From Alphaproteobacteria bacterium (lineage in GTDB: Bacteria > Pseudomonadota > Alphaproteobacteria > SHVW01), in NCBI GenBank assembly GCA_009694085.1, contig SHVW01000002.1, forward strand, positions 11,595 to 75,594: 64,000 nt of DNA, given 5' to 3'. Shown one piece after another: positions 58,951 through 64,000 of this stretch; positions within the stretch are counted from its first letter, which is position 1, and each line of letters begins with the position of its first letter. Made by a program: the position numbers and the translations under genes. The notes beneath the pieces are model-generated. The model had not been told where the DNA came from. It did not search any database and saw only the letters and a program-made list of their open reading frames with translations.

Positions 58951-59906
58951 CGGCCACCATACCGGATGCGCGGGTCGAACACGGCGTAGAGGATGTCGAC
59001 CGCGAAATTGACGGCCACCGCGATGAACGCGACCAGCATGACCAGCCCTTGGATCAGCGTGTAATCGCCGCGGCCGACGGCCTGGACGAACAGCTTGCCG
59101 ATGCCGTTCAGGTTGAAGACCTGCTCGGTCACGACCAGCCCACCGATCAGGAAGGCGAATTCTAAACCGATCACGGTGATGACGGGGAGGATGGCGTTGC
59201 GCATGGCGTGGCGGGCCACCACCAGACGCTCGAACACGCCCTTGGCGCGAGCGGTGCGGATATAGTCCTCACGCAGCACCTCAAGCAAGGCCGAGCGCGT
59301 CATGCGGGTTGCCACCGCCGAGTAACGATAGCCCACGGCCAGCGCCGGCCAGATCAACTGCGCCAGATTGGCACCGGGGTCTTGCAGGAAGGGCGTGAAG
59401 GTGATCGGCGGCAGCCAGGAAAACAGCGTCAGCAGCGACAGGATGGTGATCATGCCGAGCCAGAAGGACGGCACGGCAAGCCCCGCGATCGCCAGCACGC
59501 GCACGATGTAGTCGATCCAGGTGTCCTTGAAGAGAGCCGCCACCGTGCCCGCCGGAATCGAAATGAGCACGGCGATCAGCGTCGCCATGAACGAAACCTG
59601 GAGCGACAGTTCCAGTCTGATCGCGATCTCGTGGGCGACGGGCTGACCGGTCCACATGCTCAGCCCCATGTCGCCGACCAGCATGCCGCCGAGCCAGGTG
59701 GCAAGCTGGACATGGAGCGGCTTGTCCAACCCGAGCCGCGCGCGCTCCTGGTTGAGCACGTCCTCGGACACCGAGGCCCCATCGGCACGCAGCTTGAGTT
59801 CGACGATGTCGCCCGGCATGACGCGCAGCATGAAGAAGACAAGCAACGCCACGCCGAGCAACGTCGGCAACATCAGCAACATCCGCTGGATCATGTAGCG
59901 GAGCAT
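58947..59906 (-). CDS. peptide/nickel ABC transporter permease (DppB/OppB-like)
   Basis: MLRYMIQRMLLMLPTLLGVALLVFFMLRVMPGD...DYIRTARAKGV is the typical DppB pattern. Confidence 0.85.
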   Translation of the reverse strand: MLRYMIQRMLLMLPTLLGVALLVFFMLRVMPGDIVELKLRADGASVSEDVLNQERARLGLDKPLHVQLATWLGGMLVGDMGLSMWTGQPVAHEIAIRLELSLQVSFMATLIAVLISIPAGTVAALFKDTWIDYIVRVLAIAGLAVPSFWLGMITILSLLTLFSWLPPITFTPFLQDPGANLAQLIWPALAVGYRYSAVATRMTRSALLEVLREDYIRTARAKGVFERLVVARHAMRNAILPVITVIGLEFAFLIGGLVVTEQVFNLNGIGKLFVQAVGRGDYTLIQGLVMLVAFIAVAVNFAVDILYAVFDPRIRYGGR

Positions 59907-59939
59907 CGACCCCTCGCTATCCGTTCTCTGGCCTCACTC

Positions 59940-61520
59940 TTATTGCGATAGCCATACGCTCGACAGTTCCTGGTGGATGTAATGGCTAGGCGTGACGTGC
60001 CAGCCCTTGACCTGGGGCGAATGCGCGATGATGCGATGGTACCAGATGGTCGGGAACGTGTAGCTCTGCTCCAGCACATGGCGCTCGAACTCGCGCACCA
60101 ACCGGTAGCGCTCCTTGGGATCGGATGCGCGTTTCTGTTTCTCGTAGAGATCGTCGAGCTTGGCGTCGTTGTAGCGGCCGTAGTTGATCGGCGAATTCTT
60201 CGCCGAGAGGTATTTCAGGAGCTGCAGGTTCGGTTCGTCCATGAAATCGCAGTTGAAGTCCATGCCGGCTTCGTAATTGCCGCCGCTGAGTGCCGCTTGG
60301 TAGAGACGGGTTTCGAGCTGATCATGCTCCACCGTAACGCCGATCTGGCGCCATTGGTCGATCACGAAGATGCCGACCGGGCTGTAAGGCATGGGCACGT
60401 TGCGGTTGGTCAGCTTGAACTTGAGCTTGTCGTGGCCAGCCTCTTTGAGGAGCCGCACGGCCTCGGCACGCGAGGCGCGGATGTCCTTGGAGAAGCCGGG
60501 CATGGCCGTCAGATCGGCCTCGTTCGCCGCCAGGCTGTAACCGGGTCGGAGCAGGCCGCCGACATCGCGGACAATGGCGATGCGCGACATGCCGGGAGCA
60601 CCGCCCCAGCGATCGAGCGCTAGATTAAGCGCACGCCGCACGCGGGCGTCGTCGAACGGCTTCTTTTCCGTGTTGAAACCGATGACAAGGTTGCACACCC
60701 ACGGGCCTTCCTGGACGCGAATCTTGTCGCCCATGGCGGCGGTCAGGCGGTCGCGCTCGGCCGGGGTCTGGCCGCGGAACTCGATCGACACTTGGCCGCC
60801 TTGGATCGCGTTGATGATGGCGGCACCAGAGATGAACACGGCCTTGTAGCCATCGAGATAGGGTTGGTCCTTCAGATAGTACGCGTCATTGCGCTTGCCG
60901 ACCCAGTGGGAGCCGCGCACATGCTCGACGAAGGTGAAGGGACCGCTTCCGAACACGTTCTTCTCCGGGAATTTCGGATCCTCAGCCAACTTGGCGGCGC
61001 TGTAGATGCAATCCCAAGGCGATGCGAAGTTTTGGAGCATCGACGCGTCGGGCGCCTTCAGCTTGAACACGACGGTGGTCGCATCGGGCGTTTGGATTTC
61101 CGTCATATCGGCGTATTGCGCCCTGCGGATCGACACCACGCCGGCCGGCGGATTGCGCAGCCGCTCATAGGTTGCCTTGACGTCGGCCGAGGTGACCGGT
61201 GAGCCGTCATGGAATTTGGCGTTGGCGCGCAGTTTGAACGTGTAGGTCAAGCCATCGGGTGCCACCGTCCAGCTCTCCGCCAGGTCGCCGGTCACCGCCG
61301 GATATTTCGGCGCGTCGAACTTCAGCAGAGTCGAGTAGTGCGGCGCCACGGGATGGATGAACGCGAAGGAGGTGTTGGCGTGGCAGTCGTAGTTCGGCGG
61401 CTCGGCGTTGACCGCGAAACTGAGCGTGCCGCCGCGCTTGGGCATCTCTTGTGCGACGAGCGGTAGGGCCGCGCCCGCGGCAGCGAGCGCGGTGGCGATA
61501 ATCAGGTGGCAGATCGTCAT
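59940..61520 (-). CDS. ABC transporter substrate-binding protein, family 5 (peptide/opine/nickel)
   Basis: Signal peptide, then PKRGGTLSFAVNAEPPNYDCH. 526 aa, typical family-5 SBP size. Confidence 0.85.
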   Translation of the reverse strand: MTICHLIIATALAAAGAALPLVAQEMPKRGGTLSFAVNAEPPNYDCHANTSFAFIHPVAPHYSTLLKFDAPKYPAVTGDLAESWTVAPDGLTYTFKLRANAKFHDGSPVTSADVKATYERLRNPPAGVVSIRRAQYADMTEIQTPDATTVVFKLKAPDASMLQNFASPWDCIYSAAKLAEDPKFPEKNVFGSGPFTFVEHVRGSHWVGKRNDAYYLKDQPYLDGYKAVFISGAAIINAIQGGQVSIEFRGQTPAERDRLTAAMGDKIRVQEGPWVCNLVIGFNTEKKPFDDARVRRALNLALDRWGGAPGMSRIAIVRDVGGLLRPGYSLAANEADLTAMPGFSKDIRASRAEAVRLLKEAGHDKLKFKLTNRNVPMPYSPVGIFVIDQWRQIGVTVEHDQLETRLYQAALSGGNYEAGMDFNCDFMDEPNLQLLKYLSAKNSPINYGRYNDAKLDDLYEKQKRASDPKERYRLVREFERHVLEQSYTFPTIWYHRIIAHSPQVKGWHVTPSHYIHQELSSVWLSQ

Positions 61521-61560
61521 GGTTTTATCCTCCCTAGCGTTCTTGTTCGCATGATTCGCG

Positions 61561-63633
61561 TCAGATTTTGATGCAGGCGGCGTGATGGCCGGGCCGAATC
61601 TCGCGTAGTTTAGGCACGTCGGCGCTGCATTCGGCGCTCGCGAGCGTGCAACGCGTATGAAAGACGCAGCCCTTGGGTGGCGTCAAGGGACTGGGCAACT
61701 CGCCGCCTAGCAGTCGCGGCGCCCGCGCGCGCTCGACCGCCGGGTCGGGTACGGGGGCGGCGTCAAGCAGGGCCTTGGTATAGGGATGGAGCGGGTCGGC
61801 GTAGAGCGTGTCGCGATCGGCGATCTCCATGACCCGGCCCAGATACATCACCATGATGCGGTCGGAGATGTGACGTACCACGGCAAGATCGTGGGCGATG
61901 AACAGGTAGGTCAGGCCATGTTGGCGCTGCAAATCCTCGAGCAGGTTGATGATCTGTCCTTGGATCGATACGTCAAGCGCGGACACCGCTTCGTCGCACA
62001 CGATGAAGGTCGGCTTCATGGCGAGCGCGCGCGCGATGCCGACGCGCTGACGCTGACCGCCGGAGAGTTCGTGGGGGTAGCGCTCGGCCATGTAAGGGAA
62101 CAACCCGACCTGGCCCAGCAGATCGGCAACCCGCGCTTTGACCGCGGCAGCATCGGGCTCGATCTTGTGGACATGCATGGGCTCGCCGATGATCTCGCCC
62201 ACGGTCATGCGTGGGTTGAGCGAGCTATAGGGATCCTGGAAGATCACTTGGATTTTCTGGCGCAGCCGCGCCATCTCGGCCTGGTCGGCGGCCACTAGGT
62301 CGCTGCCCTCGAACACGATTTCGCCCGCAGTTGCCTGTTCCAGACGCAGCAGGGTGCGACCTACCGTGGTCTTGCCGCAGCCGGACTCGCCGACGAGTCC
62401 CAAGGTCTCGCCGCGCCGGATCTCGAACGACACGTCATCGACCGCGCGCACCGTCGCCTTGGTGCCGCCGAACAGGCCGAGGCCTTTGGTAATCGTGAAG
62501 TATTTTTTCAGGTTCCGTACGGCAAGCACGGGCGCACCGTCGTCGGCCCGCGCGCCGCGGGTGGCCGCTGGCCCGGCAGTAACCAGGCCGAAGTGGCGAT
62601 AGCTGTCTTCGCCGGTCAGTTCGGACGCGCGAAAACAGGCCGAGCCGTGCCCGGGCTCGATCTCTACCAACGCCGGGTCGGCGGCGCAGCGTTCCTGGCG
62701 GCCGGGGCAGCGCGGCGCGAAGCGGCAGCTGGCCGGTGGGTCTAGCAGGTTCGGCGGCAGGCCCTCGATGGTCTCCAGCCGCGCGCCACGCGGCCGGTCG
62801 AGCCGCGGTACCGACCGCATCAGCCCAACCGTATAGGGGTGGCGCGGCCGGTTGAACACATCGTCGGCTTCACCCTGCTCGACCATGCGCGCGGCATACA
62901 TCACGTTCACCCGATCAGCGTAGCGCGCGACGATGCCAAGATTGTGCGTGATGACAACGAGGGCGATGCCGAGACGCCGGCACAAATCCTTCATCAACTC
63001 CAGGATTTGGGCCTGGATGGTGACGTCGAGCGCAGTCGTCGGCTCATCCGCGATGATCAGCTTGGGGTTGCAGGCGAGCGCAATCGCAATCATGACGCGC
63101 TGGCGCATGCCGCCGGAGAATTGGTGCGGGTACTGGTCGAGCCGGCGCTCGGCATCGGAAATGCCGACCAGACCGAGGACTTCGATCGCGCGCCCGCGCG
63201 CGCGGGCGTCGTCATAGCCCAGGTGAATCTGGAGCGGCTCCATGATTTGCAACCCGATCGGCAACACCGGGTTGAGGCTGGTCATTGGCTCCTGGAAGAT
63301 CATGGCGAGCTCGCGCCCGCGCAGTTGGCGCATTTCCTCCTCGTCGAGGGTTAGCAGATCGCGCCCGTTGAACCAAACCTGCCCGCCCATGACCCGGCCC
63401 GCAGGCTTGGCCAACAGACGCATGATGGTCAGTGCCGCAACCGATTTGCCGCAGCCGGATTCGCCGACCACGGCTACGATCTCGCCTGGCCGCACCGCAT
63501 AGGAGACGCCGTCCACCGCGCGCACCACGCCGCGCGAGGTCACGAAATGGACACGCAGATCGCGCACGTCGAGAAGGGGCGCCGGGCCGGATTCGCTCGT
63601 GGCACCGGAGTGGGAGCCGAGACCTGCTTGCAT
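61561..63633 (-). CDS. fused double ATP-binding protein (DppD-DppF type) of the peptide ABC transporter
   Basis: Two complete ABC cassettes: GESGCGKSV...[15 protein letters not shown]...[11 protein letters not shown] and GESGCGKTT...[15 protein letters not shown]...[14 protein letters not shown] 63633 is preceded by GAGGAC. The ORF start at 63675 is less likely. Confidence 0.85.
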   Translation of the reverse strand: MQAGLGSHSGATSESGPAPLLDVRDLRVHFVTSRGVVRAVDGVSYAVRPGEIVAVVGESGCGKSVAALTIMRLLAKPAGRVMGGQVWFNGRDLLTLDEEEMRQLRGRELAMIFQEPMTSLNPVLPIGLQIMEPLQIHLGYDDARARGRAIEVLGLVGISDAERRLDQYPHQFSGGMRQRVMIAIALACNPKLIIADEPTTALDVTIQAQILELMKDLCRRLGIALVVITHNLGIVARYADRVNVMYAARMVEQGEADDVFNRPRHPYTVGLMRSVPRLDRPRGARLETIEGLPPNLLDPPASCRFAPRCPGRQERCAADPALVEIEPGHGSACFRASELTGEDSYRHFGLVTAGPAATRGARADDGAPVLAVRNLKKYFTITKGLGLFGGTKATVRAVDDVSFEIRRGETLGLVGESGCGKTTVGRTLLRLEQATAGEIVFEGSDLVAADQAEMARLRQKIQVIFQDPYSSLNPRMTVGEIIGEPMHVHKIEPDAAAVKARVADLLGQVGLFPYMAERYPHELSGGQRQRVGIARALAMKPTFIVCDEAVSALDVSIQGQIINLLEDLQRQHGLTYLFIAHDLAVVRHISDRIMVMYLGRVMEIADRDTLYADPLHPYTKALLDAAPVPDPAVERARAPRLLGGELPSPLTPPKGCVFHTRCTLASAECSADVPKLREIRPGHHAACIKI

Positions 63634-63749
63634 TGTCCTCGCCTGTGGGCCGGCCCACTTCTGCGGCGGGCACAAAGATGAAATACTACTCTATCATGCC
63701 GCTCGCAACGCCGGGTAGAGTGACGCAATGGACACGAAGGCAAGAACCG

Positions 63750-64000
63750 ATGGTTGACTCAAGCCGGGCCGGCAACCGCTTGGGGCTGTGGTTGACATTG
63801 TCATTGATGACGTTGGTGCAGGCGTTTGCCACCATGGCGACATTGACTATGGCCACGATCGCGCCGGAAGTGGGCGCGGCGCTCGGCCTGCCCGTCGCCG
63901 CCATCGGGTATCACGTCAGCTTGATCTACCTCGGTGCGGTCGCCACATCGCTCTACGGCGGCGTCCTCGTGCGGCGGTTCGGGGCATGTTTGGTCAGCCA
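63750..64000 (+). CDS. MFS-type transporter, N-terminal fragment (runs off the window)
   Basis: My own translation from ATG 63750: MVDSSRAGNRLGLWLTLSLMTLVQAFATMATLTMATIAPEVGAALGLPVAAIGYHVSLIYLGAVATSLYGGVLVRRFG. It is open to the window end and has an MFS-like TM1/TM2 pattern. It is absent from the ORF track because it has no stop. Confidence 0.55.
   Translation, partial: MVDSSRAGNRLGLWLTLSLMTLVQAFATMATLTMATIAPEVGAALGLPVAAIGYHVSLIYLGAVATSLYGGVLVRRFGACLVS

Overview
GC-rich, densely coding chromosomal segment with alphaproteobacterial-type gene order. I call about 60 genes. In order: (1) the end of the ribosomal spc/alpha cluster (adk-rpsM-rpsK-rpoA-rplQ); (2) a LIV-type branched-chain amino-acid ABC transporter; (3) housekeeping genes (HtrA/DegP protease, rarA, crcB, a pseudouridine synthase, a HAD phosphatase, an ATP12 chaperone); (4) a propionyl-CoA carboxylase operon (pccB-pccA) with two small coupled genes; (5) lipB, tRNA-Leu(GAG) and a chimeric malic enzyme; (6) a Rieske-fusion protein and a dienelactone hydrolase; (7) a roughly 12.5-kb single-strand leucine/isovalerate catabolic super-operon headed by a MerR-type LiuR-like regulator; (8) a PotABCD-like ABC transporter convergent with a 1293-aa fused hydantoinase/oxoprolinase; (9) the B12-dependent class II ribonucleotide reductase nrdJ; (10) a MacAB-like efflux system; (11) a HigB/HigA-like toxin-antitoxin pair; (12) a Dpp/Opp-type peptide ABC transporter; (13) the start of an MFS transporter. 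I found no rRNA, CRISPR array, transposase, integrase or prophage genes. The observations most worth a second look are these. The HigB-like toxin is split exactly at an in-register A_AAA_AAG heptamer. Seven genes are inserted into the liu operon, including the poorly characterised run DUF1761-DUF1989-HD(COG4341)-SDR. Adenylate kinase runs into a histone-H1-like Lys/Ala/Pro tail that contains a 119/120-identical 120-bp tandem duplication. One membrane protein combines VanZ, cNMP-binding and FHA domains. A Rieske domain is fused to a large uncharacterised domain. The MacA-type adaptor carries an LTXXQ-motif insertion. The nrdJ upstream region is long, AT-rich and repeat-bearing. All family assignments come from reading the translated ORFs by eye; I ran no searches. 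Start codons are best guesses.
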